Below are positions 27,501 through 41,779 of a stretch of 64,000 nucleotides of DNA, piece after piece. Origin of the DNA: Eledone cirrhosa (Eukaryota). The position numbers were made by a program, and so were the translations under genes. The notes beneath the pieces were generated by a model, which was not told where the DNA came from, made no database searches, and saw only the letters and a list, made by a program, of their open reading frames with translations. The stretch lies in contig OZ024740.1 of NCBI GenBank assembly GCA_964016885.1, positions 90,396,001-90,460,000 of the forward strand, read 5' to 3'. Every line of letters starts with the position of its first letter. The first letter of the stretch is position 1.

Positions 27501-28176
27501 TTTAAATGATTTATGTAGTTTTGTTATAATCCATTCAAATTCACAATTGTTATCATTCTTAAGAATGGAACTAGTCTTGTTTCTCTATAGTCGGGATATA
27601 TAATTGCGAATATTCAACAAAAATCGAAAAATTTAGCGACTTGGGTAGAGACCACAGTAAACATTATAGTGTGAAGGTTGTTGGGAAAATTTCCCGTATT
27701 CCAAATGTTGCCGTCAATATTAGTACATCAGTCTCCCATGAATAAAACAAATTTATTGTCTTTATAAAGCCAACCTTTTTATAATTACTGGAGATTTATT
27801 GACCAGAATAAAGTAAACAGTTGAATAAAAAATGTGAAGTCATATTATAAAGACCTCTAATTTGTAAGATTGTGTTACACACGACACACGAGCATTGTCA
27901 TCGGTACTGGCCACAGTTTTTGTCTGATGACCGCGTAAATGTATTTGTGATTGTTCCGAATAATTTTTTCATTTTGTATTTATATTAAAATATCATAAGC
28001 GATGGAGGCGTTTCACACTCCTCTACTTTTGATAACTTATCTATCTCTCTAACTTCTCTCGTACCCTCTGTCTGTCTCTCTCTGTATCTATCCATCTATA
28101 TATCCATCTATCCATCTATATATATATCTATCTATTTATATATCTATCTATACACACACACACACACACACACACA

Positions 28177-28271
<95 letters not shown>

Positions 28272-28395
28272 TTATGTGTGTGTGTGTGTGTGTTTTCTAG
28301 CAAATACGTTATTCGCTCACTGTCCACCTTACTACCCTTCTGTGACAACTGTATCATGTGATTATTTCTTTCCCCGCCTCTAAAGAAATTCTCAC

Positions 28396-28588
28396 TTGCT
28401 ACGAAAGTAAAAGTCGTTTTTTTTTACCACTTTATCACGCGTTAGTATCCCCCTCCGTCTCTGAGTCTTTCTCGCTAGCTTTGAATTTTTTCTGAGGGTC
28501 TCTTGAAAAGCCTTATCAACTTGGCAGCAATGATACACTTTTATAGTAGAGCAACCGTTGCACATGGATCGGCGAACTGCAGTTGGGA
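28396..28588 (-). other. Candidate coding exon, 193 nt, phase 1-2
   Basis: ttgttcttcaaag|TC CCA ACT..CGT AGC AA|gtgaga. Open, and phase-compatible with 24114-24311. Confidence 0.42.
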
Positions 28589-28722
28589 CTTTGAAGAACA
28601 AATAGGTATATGTTTGTCTAATATTTTCCTTATATTTTGTAATTTGATATATACACACACACACACACACGCACACAAACACACACACACACACACACAT
28701 ATACACGCAACCACACAGACGT

Positions 28723-28819
<97 letters not shown>

Positions 28820-30762
28820 TACCTATATATTTAGCTGTCATAAGGATGTTGGTTACGCTTCTCTTATCAAATATACGCACGAGTCCTATCACGTTTAAAT
28901 GAAAATTGATGTATTTCTTCAAATTCACATATTTCATATTATTTATCGTCTAGACAGTTCTCATATATTTCCATATATTTAATTGGGAAAGTATCTCCTT
29001 TCAAAAGATGACGTAGAAATATTTGCATTAAATATACGATGCATTGCTTACTGTTAGTCTTTTTTAATGGAAAACAATATCATTAAATATTATTAAGTTG
29101 TTTTAATTAAGATTTCCACGCCATCTTGAAATTGAAGAACAAATACAAATGTAACTATTTGTTTCAATTACGCTGTTCAGCTTTCAATTGGAAATTGGAG
29201 GAATCTGAAACAATTACATTATGTCATATATATTTCAACAATTTGGAAGTAAATTGGACGATGAAATTAAATCGTTCATTTTCTTAATATTCAAAGAAAC
29301 GCACACAGGACAACACTATATGAATTCCATTGATATTTACGTTTGAAAATACTTAAGAATTATAGATAGTCAGGAAATAGGGGAAAAGTTATGTGGAATA
29401 AGAAAATGAAAATTCCCGAAAAAATTCAGGATTTCCGTTATTGCTTCATTCACATGAAGCAGTGATATGATTTCATTAAAATCACGTGGTCATCGTAATA
29501 AAATTACCTAGAATTCAGATAATATATATGACTAAAGAAAATTTATGATTTGCAGTGAGATATTCAACTAGAAACCTTCTTGTGTTTATGTGTGAATATT
29601 TCCTGACAAACTGTGGTTAAATTACGGGAATTACAAGGAGACGGTCATTTGATATCTCCACAGCAAAACCTTATTGATGTTATATATCTGGAGCTAATGG
29701 TTAAAGCAGAAATTATATTAAAAAAGTGTTCAATAAGACTTTATCTCACCTCAACGACGGCGAATCCTCTCCAAGTGGCTGGATCCAAATGGGATATGCA
29801 CACACACATATATATATATTTATATATATATATGTGTGTGTGTGTGTATGTGTGTGTGCGCGTGTGCGTGCGCGTGTGTGTGTGTGAATAGGTTTCAAAT
29901 AAAGTTGAAAACATCAGTTTTAGAACAAAAATAAATATACACAGAAATATGAAACTCAAAACGTTTTATTTTTACAAAAATTAAGGTATTTAGATAATGT
30001 TCAACTGTCAACCTATACAAAATAAGAAGAAACGACTTCTAGATTTTTTTTTTAACGCTTTTGATTTGCACATCTTTTTATTAACAGTTCAAATAAAGCA
30101 ATAAGAATGAAACAGTTTGAAATGTTTCTAACTTATATAATTAATGTTAGAAATTTGATTGCGTCAAACACTTTCTTCTTAAGTTTTACAATAGTCACAA
30201 ATCCTTCAAAGCAAGTATACACCTTTCTTCACGCGTTCCTATGGCACTTAAAAAATTACAACACTACAGCACTAGATCTGACTAGTATTTATCCACAATA
30301 TTTGTAAATGATTATTTTTAGACAATTTCGAAAAATGCAGAAGAATTCGTAATCGCAAAATATGTTCTGTTCATTATTCATAGATATATAAATATATTCA
30401 TGAAATCCACGGATACATGCGTATAAAATATAATGCACAGAGATGGAATTAGTACGTATCTAAGAACCAAACATTATATTTTTACTGTTCAATTTCCTTA
30501 TCTACTATTTCCAATTTCATTCATTAAATTTCTTTTTTCAATCATATTTACTAACGAATTACATTTTCTAGAAATGTCGTCATATAAATACTTTACTTTG
30601 CATGATATAATTGAATATGATAATTTATTTTATGAAATATATGAAATATATGTTGTTGCCAATGTTGTTTCAGTTTGGTGAAACTTACAAACACTTTCTT
30701 CATCCCTGAATATGTTTACAGATCAACAAAACAAAAACATTTATTTTCGTTTCACGACCTAG

Positions 30763-31737
30763 TAGCATAGTTTGTGGAGGTCGAGAATCGTCATGCTAAG
30801 TTTATTGAATGATTTGATTCAGATTTGTAACGTGCGAATGGAATGGAAAACAGAATCAGCAGTACACACACAGCATGCGTGCCCTGAGTGGTATAGACAA
30901 ATAAAATCCTGGTAAAAATTAAGAATGAAATTCCCATTTGACTGTGGCTTAATGCGAAAATGACATTTATATTACCTTGTAAATGATTTTAAATCATACA
31001 TGTTTAACGTTAAAGGTCCCTCCGAAGAATATGCAATAATCCAGGATTAGAAATTCAACTTGAAATATATGCAAGAATATGTACCCCTGACAAAAGGTTT
31101 TCCCCCTCTAGGAGATATTTTTTGTTCTTTATAAGTTCTACATGAAGTAGCTGAAATTAATTGCAGTAATTTCCTGTGCTTGAGCATTCTAAATTGGGTA
31201 ATTTACCTATTGTTTATGTAGTAAAACAACTCAATGTCTCCTTGTGTATAATAAGACTTAGGCTTAAAAATAATTTAATGCACACATGCTATATCAAATA
31301 TAAATCATCGAGTTACCAGGATCAATATCACAAGTACAATCACTTACATTATTTTGATAAAATATCTCAAAAGATTGCAGGTGATGAGTATCCCAGGTGC
31401 AGTATGCAAGTAATGCAGCATTTAATTCCTTATCAACAACACTTGAATAGGATATATACACACCATATAATTATGAACATTTATCAAGTAAAATCTTGAT
31501 ATGTACAGAATACATATTATACAGAATAACAGTTTTTGCTATTTTCTTTTTTGTTAATACACAAAATACACTTGCATATATATATATGTATATATATAGC
31601 ATAGTTTGTGGAGGTCGAGAATCGTCATGCTAAGTTTATTGAATGATTTGATTCAGATTTGTAACGTGCGAATGGAATGGAAAACAGAATCAGCAGTACA
31701 CACACAGCATGCGTGCCCTGAGTGGTATAGACAAATA
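30763..31737 (+). repeat. 141-bp exact direct duplication (30763-30903 = 31597-31737)
   Basis: Identical sequence at offset 834. The second copy is embedded in (TA)n. Confidence 0.92.
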
Positions 31738-32004
31738 TATATATGGGCCTTCCCTCTTTGTTTCCGCATTTGGCTATGTGTTTCCGGAAAGATGAGGCCC
31801 TAGTCTGTTCCTTGATCCGCATGTGCAACGGCACGATTGTGCTACCTATATAGTATTCATTCTCTACACGTTACAGTGTTACACACGCCACGCATCTCAA
31901 CGTACACCCACTTACATCACTCTCTCCAGCACCGGATCTTGTTACCCGGAGATTTACCCATCTGCATTGTCGAGGCTTTCAAAAGTAATTTAGAATTTTA
32001 GTCA

Positions 32005-32270
32005 ACGACTTCAGCTATACCATTTACGTGGTTTTGTCTTTGCCTGCAATTTTTCTCCACGCTCCACCTATGACGTTTTATCTTCGTATTTTCCGTTCAT
32101 TGCCAGAGAACGTCTTTATGAACCACCAAAGAGAACATTACTCTACGACTTCTTTTATACCATAATCGTGGTTCTGTCTTTGCGCGTAATTATTTTTCAC
32201 CGCTCCTATTAATGACGTATTATATTCGTTTTTTTCCCGTTCTTTGCCAGGGAACGTTTCCACGAACCAA
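32005..32270 (+). repeat. Diverged ~140-bp tandem duplication
   Basis: cgacttc..tataccat..cgtggtt.tgtctttgc..atgacgt..ttgccag.gaacgt occurs twice. Confidence 0.7.
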
Positions 32271-32521
32271 AGTATCTTCTTCCTGTCTTTCTCCGGTTGC
32301 AACGTATTTTGAAATATCCACTTCTGCGTTTACATATTGACTTTGTTAGTTTCAGAAAATCCCGTTAAGGGTGAAAGCAGCGATTCTTTGCTTAAACTTT
32401 AATCTGTTATTTTCATAAATATTTGCACTACGGTTCTTATATATTTGATATATATTCATCCTTATCGAGCCCTCTTTGGATTTTAGTCATCAAATTTATT
32501 ATTATTACTATTATTATAGTA

Positions 32522-32735
32522 GGCGGTGAATTGGCAGTATCGGTAGAGGGTCGGACGTCATGCTTTCTAGCTTAGTTACGTCCCTTTACATTCTGAGTTC
32601 AAATCCCGCCGACGTTAACTTTGCCTTTCATCCTTACGGGGTCGAAAAATTAAAGTACCAGTAATGCGCTAGATAATTGCTGGCCTTGTGCCTAAAGTAG
32701 AAACAATTACTATTATTATTATTATTATTATTATT
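32522..32735 (+). mobile_element. tRNA-derived SINE with (ATT)n tail
   Basis: ggcggtgaattggcagtatcggtagag..gagttcaaatcccgcc..tttcatccttacggggtcga..ggccttgtgcc..(att)n. Confidence 0.92.
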
Positions 32736-35700
32736 GGCGACCTACGTAGTAAATCGTATCAACGTGAGCACCGCAAAGTTTTGTTATTTTCAGCTTTTTA
32801 AAATTGCCATTTATGGAAAATGTTTATTGTTAACTATATATAAGTGCACATACATTGATTTCTGAAAAGTCACTAAAAAATATTGGGGCCTTGAGCACAA
32901 AATTTGAACTTTTTATAATTATCAAACATAAAATGTTTTCTTTGAAAATTAATGGATAACTCAGATTCACTCCTTCCTCACAATCCAACACCTCACACCG
33001 ACACCACCATTGTAAATATTGCTACGTTTGCCAACACTGAAATTGTAATCAGTAGCAATATTTTAAATTTGTCTCAGGCAGACGTTCATTTCCCGCCATT
33101 ACAAATGACTCCAGGTGTTAAAGCCGCCACCACCACCACCACCACCACTACCACCACCGCGACAATCCCCCCCACCACCACCACCACAGCGACAACAGAA
33201 ACAAAAGAAAAAAATAAATTAACTCATGATATCGAAATGAATTCAACGAAAATGAACTCTTCCACACCGAACACCACTGATGCCATCACCACCACAACTG
33301 AAACTAAAATTAACAACAGCAAAAATAACGATAATAACAACAGCAACAATGAAATTAAGAAAATAGTTTTGCCAGAGTAGCAAAAACGTGCGAAGCGATC
33401 CAGGTAACTCAGGAAGAATTAGACGAAGCCAACGGAATGGTAAAGAAAGATGGGTACAGGGTCAGCCCCCCTCACCTAATAAAATGGAGCAACGTCGCCT
33501 ATGCACCGTGTCTTATCGGACAATATATATAAAATCCCGCTGAGTGGAACGGGCATCTGAGTCCCAAATCTAAAAAGTTTGGGACATGTGTGGGCAAAAA
33601 AAAACCCACATCAGATGTGGGCAGAAGTATGGAACCGTGGACGTGTTCTTTGAAACACAACAGGAGGCCAGAGAACACACCATGGCCCCATTAGGAAGTG
33701 ACAACTTCACACTCATCCCAAGCTATTGTAGCCAGAGACTTATGAAGATCAGGGTAACCCACGTTCCACCGGCCATCGAAATTCCCTGGCTAATGGCTGC
33801 CGTCCTCGGCGGCATCGAGGCCAACACCAAGATAATTGAAATAGCGAAAGAAAAGCAGGAGAATTGGTCCGGATCCGGGATGGAGCTCCTGATCCAAGCG
33901 GACCATAAAAGCATTGAGGAGACCCCAGAGGTAATAGACCTCACTGACGGCAGCCACCACACCGTAATCTTCGAGGGCAGAAGACCAAGGTGTGTCGTTT
34001 GTGGTGAAGGAACCCACCTAAGGGCTTTCTGCCCTCAGGCTAAAAGGTTGAGGCCACCTCTCTTACCCACTCCAGTGACTCAACCATCAACACCACCAGC
34101 AGCAGAAATGGCAGCAACAATTGTAGCAGCAATAACAGAAGCAACTGTTACAGCAACAAACCCAGCAACAGTAGCAAAACCAACACCACCACCAACCAAC
34201 ACCCCAGAACTAGCACCAGCGCCTACACCATCCTCCACGCCACAACCAAAACCAACGCCTGTGGAGGATTTTCCACTCCCCGGCTCATCGCAACTGGAGA
34301 CAGATTGTGACGACGAGGAGTGGGAAATGGTATCAGGAAAAAATAAAAAAAAAAGAAACCCCCCAAAAAAATCATCTCCCTTCCCCCTCAAAATGCAAAA
34401 TACAGAGGGAAAAAATTAAACTATCGAACAAGAAACTTTAGACAGATATGCCACCATCCACACCAGCATCACCAACCCCATCACCACAAAGACCAACACC
34501 AACACCATCACCATCATTAACCCCAACACCACAAAAGTCACCAAAAAACGTAACAGAAACAAACCCACAACAAACGCAAACAAAGCAAATCAACCAAAAC
34601 GATACACACTACACAGCATTAAATTTGAACAACAACCAATTACTACACTACATGCAACACAACACCAGCATCACAGAAAAAGACTACACAAAAACGCAAA
34701 AGTTCACACCACCTCCACACATACAAATCAATCGCATCACACAGAAAACGTACACGACACTAAAACAAAAATTCCCCAAAGACATCGGAGACTTCCGACA
34801 AACACTCTCCAGGAGTATTTATTAGGACATCCTTCCGGAGGAGGCCACAAGCAGTGAAAAGGATGGACAAACCATCCTTCCTCTACGAGAAATAAGGTAA
34901 GTGGTCTTTCCCATCGTTCCCACTCCATTTCAACATGACCTCACTCAGAATAGGCAGCATAAATGCGCGTGGCTTGGGGTCGTCATGGAAGCAGGGCCAC
35001 CTGCTCAACGACCTCTGGTCACTAAACATAGATGTAGTGGCCATCAGCGAGACCAGAATCTCCGAAGCACGGCCCTTCCCACCGATCTTCGGCAGCTACG
35101 ATGTGTAAGCATCTCCCAGCCGTCCGGGATCGGAGGGAGGAGTTGCTGTGCTTTTTCGGAGAGGTTTGGATTTCGCCATACGGGCCATCTTCCTGGACCC
35201 AGAAGATAAGTTGGTGGTGCTAGACGTGACTAGCTTAGACGGGCAAGCTTTCAGGCTAGTGGCCGTCTATGCCGCGAGAGGAGCAGGGTGTGCTGATTAC
35301 TTCCGGCGTCTGGAGACCTTTCTTGGAACGTCCTGCTCTTAAGTGTTAGTGGGCGACTGGAACGGGATCTTAGATACGCGCTGGGACTGTGTGGGATTAG
35401 CGGATAGGGGAGAAGAGTGCAAGAACCTCACCAACCTGCTCAGGCGTTTTGAACTGTCTGACAGGTACCGATTGGATATCCCGAATGTGCCAATTTGGTT
35501 TTGGACAAATCGCATGGGGTCATCAAGATCATATCTAGATAGAGTATTTTGTAGAGAAATAGATAGGTCTAGCATAGGCTGTCCACAATTCAAGATAGTC
35601 AGCGACACGGACCACACATTCGTAATCTGTGTGCTTGACTTACATAGGCTTCATAGACTAGGACCCTGCTACTGGAAGCAAAACGCGTCCTTACCAGCGC

Positions 35701-37410
35701 GAAATTCCTACAGAGACCGGATTAGCGAACTAGTTAAGTTGGCGTTGACGGGGGCCTTCGTCAACAACAAGTGGTGGTTTGCTCTGAAAAGAGCAATTAG
35801 AATAGAGTACATTAGGTTTAGTAAGGCTTTAGCAATAGAGAAAAATAGAGCAGAGGGAGAATTAGTTAGAAAATTAGACGAGGCGCTTAGCAAAGGCATC
35901 GCGACCGACGTAATTGCGGCGAAATTGGCCCTTGACCAATTCTTCAATGCAAAGCACGAAGGCTGCGTTGTCAGAGCTAGGGTGCCTGCTCTCAGACACG
36001 AGGGGGACGAAATGTGTGAAGCTTTTCAGCGACACTTCGCTCAGTTTTTCGGGGGCAGCGGCGGGCCGGATCGAGGGATGGACTGTAGTGTCTACCTCGA
36101 CGGACTGCCGCGGCTCTCGGCCACTGAGGCGGTGTGTTGCGAAAAGCCGATAACAGCCGCTGAAGTATAGGAGGCAATGACTGGCTGCACAAGGGGTAAA
36201 TTGCCTGGTCTGGATGGTCTGCCCTATGAACTTTACGTTCAGATGCCAGACTTGTTCGGAGGCCTCTTGGCGGACGTCTACTGCAACTGGCAACAGAACG
36301 GGAGAATTCACAGCTCTGTGAGCCGAGGAGCTGTGGCGCTGGTGAGAAAGGATCCGAACAAGGGGGATAACATAGATCATTTTTGGCCCATAACTCTGTT
36401 AAACACAGAGTTCAAGATGTTGGACAAAGTGCTAGCAAAGAGGTTGGCGCTTGTCGTTGGTGGTCTGGTGAGAGAAGCGCAGATATGCGCCATTCCCGAC
36501 AGATCCATCCACGACAACCTCCACCTCATGCGATACATCGTAGAGAGTGTAGCTAGGGAACCTGGCACGGGTGGGTCCTTGATCAATTTAGATCAGTCGA
36601 AAGCTTTCGATAGGTTCGACCATAGTTACCTAGCGCCAGTCCTGAGGGCGGCTGGCTTTGGGCCCGTCTTCAGAGGCTAGATCGCTGCTATGCACAGTGA
36701 CATCTGCTCTGTGGTGAGAGTGAACGGTCACCTTTCGGAACCGTTCAACATCATGTGCTCGGTCCGCCAAGGATGTCCCCTCTCGTCCCTCTTGTACGTA
36801 TTGACTCTCGAGCCATTACTGCACAAACTGGAGGTGCTCAGGTCGGTCCCGCGCGAACTAGGATGCGGAAGATCCGTGTCAGCATATGCTGACGATGCCA
36901 CCGTAGTGGTGTCGAACGCCAAACACATTGAGGCGATCGGCACTACACTAACAGAATACGAAGCGGTGACAGGAGCAATGATCAACCACGAAAGTGAGTG
37001 GGCCTGCAGCTCGGCACCTGGAGAGGCAGGTCCATGCCGTCCAACAGCGTCGTCGGCCGCTGGACGGATGGCCAGTTAAATTGCTTTGGGTCTGGTTCGG
37101 TCCGGATATCCAGACGGACAAAAACTGGTATTAGGTGACGAGTAGGGTGGCTTCTCTCACCCAGAAATGGGCCGAGAGGAAGCTATCCCTGGAAGGTCGA
37201 GCGGAGGTGGCTAACGCGTGCATCGCGTCCATCATCTACTACCGCCTGAACGTTGAACCTTGTCCTAAGCCGCGCCTGACTGCGCTGGAGCGTTTGTTCT
37301 TTCGCTTTTTGTGGAAGGGACGCGCTCCGATGGTCAGGCCTTCCATCTGCTGTCAACACCCGCTACGTGGAGTGCTGGGAATGCCGTGGCTGATGATGCG
37401 CAGACACGCG
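32736..37410 (+). mobile_element. Tx1-clade LINE copy 3, 5'-complete-looking, 3'-truncated
   Basis: ORF1 pieces 32952-34825 with CVVCGEGTHLRAFC knuckle. ORF2 from ~34934: APE (INARGL, VGDWNG, SYLDR, DH) and RT (PGLDGLP, DQSKAFDR, VRQGCPLS, YADD). Breaks off after MPWLMMRRHA. Confidence 0.92.
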
Positions 37411-38169
37411 CTTTCACCTCGGGCAGTTCACGTACGGGTCATTTTTAGGCCTTTTGGATCTGTGCTAGCTGGCAGATAACTATATATTTTATCGTTCCTG
37501 GGTCTTTAGCCCTAGGAAAGGAAAATGCTTCTCTGATGAACTTTGATTTTCCATTGGAAATCCATTGGAATTCTGGTGTTTTACAAAGCGAAACCGATCG
37601 GTAAGGGGCGAAAGAATAGAAGAATATTTAAATTATATTTTTTAATTTATTTTAAAAAATTGGTAGAATTTTGCTTGTTCTGATTATCTTAATATTATAG
37701 TTCTGGTATGTCAAATTAATACCATTGAACAACCTTAAATCATAGACAACCTATATATCTCAAGGGGTACTTAGTACCCATGGGCATATTAACTTCTATT
37801 ATTATTCGACGTTATGTTGAGAACAAATCTGTTGTTTCTATTTAGCTGCTATTTTTAGTAACGAGATAGGCAACATGTCTATGTTTTTCCTGCTTTCACC
37901 TCGGGCAGTTCACGTACGGTCATTTTTCGGCCTTTTGGATCTGTGCTAGCTGGCAGATAACAGTATATTTTATCGTTCCTGGGTCTTTAGCCCTAGGAAA
38001 GGAAAATGCTTCTGTGATGAACTTTGATTTTCCATTGGAAATCCATTTGATTTCTGGTGTTTTACAAAGCTAAACCGATCGGTAAGGGCCAAAAGATTAG
38101 GTAAATATTTAAATTATATTTGTAAATTTATTTTAACAAATTGGTTGAATTTTGCTTGTTCTGCTTATC

Positions 38170-38174
<5 letters not shown>
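37411..38174 (+). repeat. Partial tandem dimer, unit 482 bp, carrying an HHR
   Basis: 37411 onward repeats at 37893 and ends in (TA)n. Confidence 0.85.
37527..37609 (+). ncRNA. Type I hammerhead ribozyme (long stem II)
   Basis: gcttct-CTGATGA-actttg..caaagc-GAAA-ccgatcgg-TA-aggggc. The second copy (~38008-38090) has GTGATGA and TAAA mutations. Confidence 0.82.
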
Positions 38175-38219
<45 letters not shown>

Positions 38220-38220
<1 letters not shown>

Positions 38221-38521
38221 CCGAAGATTAATATGGTTCATTGATTACTCAATGAATACAGTTTTACTGGAGTTTTTAATATTATTCAAGATATTAACAA
38301 ACGAAGATATTCACATAATCAAAATATATGCTTTATTATATATATTTCGAAGACTGCCAATACTGGAATTGAAATAACAAGACCGTAGAGGTATGTCATA
38401 TATCAAATCATATATTTTATCTGACGAGTACAGACTAAAAAAAACAACACTGTACCTTCGAAATATATATAATAAAGCATATATTTTGATTATGTGAATA
38501 TCTTCCTTTGTTAATATTTTG

Positions 38522-38522
<1 letters not shown>
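38220..38522. mobile_element. Inverted-pair PLE terminal insertion in (TA)n
   Basis: 38285-38352 is the reverse complement of 38456-38522. Confidence 0.75.
38416..38476 (+). ncRNA. Type I hammerhead ribozyme
   Basis: tttat-CTGACGA-gtacag..ctgtac cttc-GAAA-tatata-TA-ataaa. Confidence 0.7.
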
Positions 38523-38586
<64 letters not shown>

Positions 38587-38589
38587 AAA

Positions 38590-38775
38590 ACAAAGAATGT
38601 GTGGTTTGATACCAGGTGGAGCCTATAACACCAGAGTACTCGATACTCAGGATAGTAGAGTGGGTAATAGGAAAAGAGTCAGGACCCCGACAGCGGAGCT
38701 CCGGCCGTCTCGATAGCTTCGGGTCTAGCCGTCGAAACGGCTGGAACTTAGCCGAGAGGGTCCTGACTATTTTCC

Positions 38776-38778
<3 letters not shown>
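38590..38778. mobile_element. Diverged short inverted-pair insertion (family of 18770/22705/62751)
   Basis: gtagagtgggtaatagg..ggaccccgac..gccgtcgaaacggc..gggtcctgact..cctat. Confidence 0.72.
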
Positions 38779-38815
<37 letters not shown>

Positions 38816-38824
38816 GATAGATAT

Positions 38825-39340
38825 TTTTAATATAGATGAGACTCTACAGGACTAGAACTGTTTCATTCTTTAGAAATCATCAGGAATCTGGGTATCAAAA
38901 AATAAAAATGGTATTTATAGGTCTCTACAAGTGGTAGGAGAGGGTGGGGAGTGGGATGGGTGTAGGTCATTGGTTGAAAGAAAAGGGAATTCATTAAAAG
39001 CTAATTCTACAAAGCTATAGTTTATTTTTATTTATTTATGTTTTTAGAGTAACAAGGGCAGACAGAATTCTATAAACAGGTTCCGGATGGCATACCATTC
39101 CTTGTCATTAAGTTTCTCTTAAGCTAACAGATGACTATAAGATCAGTGGGGGGTCAGTCATGGTCGATGGAATTAAAGAAAAGGGAGATTCTTTAAAAGC
39201 TAAAATCATTAAGGTTCTACCAAGTGACAAAGGTTTAGAGAATTCTGTAGAAAGATTCAAAATACTGAGTGCATATCTTACAATTATCTTCGAACTTCTC
39301 TTAAACTAATCAACTATATGCCAAAAATCAACAGACACAT
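38825..39340 (-). mobile_element. PLE 3' UTR/terminal repeat (probably the distal end of the Naiad-like element at 49045-50454)
   Basis: 38825-39190 is the reverse complement of 50455-50822. Confidence 0.78.
38839..38889 (-). ncRNA. Type I hammerhead ribozyme
   Basis: Minus strand: agattc-CTGATGA-tttct aa agaat-GAAA-cag ttctagtc ctg-TA-gagtct. Confidence 0.78.
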
Positions 39341-39481
39341 TCACAAAAAAATATACTCACTCACACACTCACGCGCAACCATAAACACACATACACATAC
39401 ACATGTACACACATAAAAACACACATACATATATATAAATATAAATATATCCATATACATACATATACATACACACATACA

Positions 39482-39573
<92 letters not shown>

Positions 39574-39756
39574 TAGATAGATATACACACACATATATGT
39601 ACATACACACACACACACATATATATATACACATACACACACACACACACACATATATACACATATAAATACACTCACACATACATACAAACACAAATAT
39701 ACATGTGTATACATATACACACAAATACACATAGATATATATACATATATATACGG

Positions 39757-39829
<73 letters not shown>

Positions 39830-39891
39830 CATATATATATATGTAAAACACATACACACACATATATACATATACACACACATACACACAA

Positions 39892-39934
<43 letters not shown>

Positions 39935-39975
39935 AACAAATATATGCATATACATACACAAACACACACATTCAT

Positions 39976-40018
<43 letters not shown>

Positions 40019-40046
40019 TACATATACATATATAAGGAAAAAGCAC

Positions 40047-40136
<90 letters not shown>

Positions 40137-40189
40137 TACACCATTCATACATATATTCATATATATATACACATACACACATATACATA

Positions 40190-40277
<88 letters not shown>

Positions 40278-40515
40278 TATACATACACATATACACACAC
40301 ACATACACATACATACATATATACACAAATACATACACACATATACACACACACATATATACATATATATATATACATATATATATATACATAAATATAT
40401 ATATAAACATAAATATATAAAAAATATACACACATATATACGTACATATACACACACATACACATATATATACATATATATACATACAAACATACATACA
40501 AACATACATATACAC

Positions 40516-40598
<83 letters not shown>

Positions 40599-40658
40599 TA
40601 TATACACATATATATATACACATACACACATATATATACATATATATATATATATAAT
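39341..40658. repeat. Compound (AT)/(AC) microsatellite tract
   Basis: Seen directly. Confidence 0.95.
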
Positions 40659-40659
40659 A

Positions 40660-41409
40660 AAATATAAAGAAAAATACTGCAGGTAGCACATGGATAACAT
40701 GTAATAAAATGAGTCCCTCATCAGTGATTTGCCGACGATCGTAGATATTTCATTGCATTAAAAATCATATACCTCACGTCGGTGCAATAATAACCAAAAT
40801 AAGTTATTAGGACAATTGAAACGCGTAAAGCGAGTTAGACAGGAGAACAACAAAGAGTATAGCTAACCGTAGGGCAAAGAAACAAGCTTCAAAAATTATT
40901 TTGTTTAGCATAAGCTAGGTGAATATATGAGCGCTTTTAGAACAGACCCGACACGAGCGATGGCTATGTGAGGAGAGAGAAAAATAGCCTTCGTGGTGTA
41001 CAGGATGAAATGAAGAGAAGAGAAACAGTGAGTGAGTGAAAGTGTTAGGAAGAGTTAACTGACATGACAGAGGGAGAGAAACAGAGAGAATGGGGGAACA
41101 GTAAGAGAGAGAGAGAAAAAACACAGAATCGCAGTGGTAAATATATGTAATAAAATATAGAGAAAAATACTGCAGGTAGCACATGGATAACATGTAATAA
41201 AACGAGTCCCTCATCAGTGATTTGACGACGATCATAGATATTTCATTGCATTAAAAATCATATACCTCACGTCGGTGCAATAATAACCAAAATAAGTTAT
41301 TAGGACAATTGAAACGCGTAAAGCGACTGAGACAGGAGAACAACAAAGAGTATAGCTAACCGTACGGGAAAGAAACAAGTTTCAAACATTTTTCTGTTTA
41401 GCATAAGCT

Positions 41410-41410
<1 letters not shown>
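40660..41410 (+). repeat. Partial tandem dimer, unit ~493 bp, with HHR 3' half (GAAAcgcgTAaagcg)
   Basis: 40671 onward repeats at 41164. Related to 17978-18668. Confidence 0.78.
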
Positions 41411-41446
<36 letters not shown>

Positions 41447-41517
41447 CATATACACACACATATATACACACACACACATATACATATATATATATACACA
41501 CACACACATACACATGC

Positions 41518-41565
<48 letters not shown>

Positions 41566-41708
41566 ATATATATACAAATATACACATACATACACAGACC
41601 TATACGTAAATATACACATATATACAGACATATAACGCATATATACACACATATATACATATATATATATATAATATAAGATCAAAAGATGGTTAAAGGA
41701 GTTCCATA

Positions 41709-41779
41709 TATTTTATTATGCGCATTTCAAAAATAAACATCATCATGCAATAATATTTGTGTTTTCATCAGATAAAATA
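41709..41779 (-). ncRNA. Type I hammerhead ribozyme of PLE A
   Basis: Minus strand: tattttat-CTGATGA-aaacacaaat..gtttattttt-GAAA-tgcgca-TA-ataaaata. Confidence 0.8.

Noticed and set aside
32522-32610. SINE heads as tRNA genes
   Set aside because: A and B boxes are present, but there is no complete cloverleaf and they continue into a SINE body and tail.
39341-40721. Long [12 protein letters not shown] ORFs (also 19568-20057, 28392-28937, 48203-48962, 51248-54340)
   Set aside because: These are translations of AT/AC microsatellites that lack stop codons.
41205-41250. Minus-strand GAAAtatcTA..CTGATGA as a type II hammerhead
   Set aside because: Stem II cannot form, and the motif is not conserved in the related copies at 18040 and 18550.
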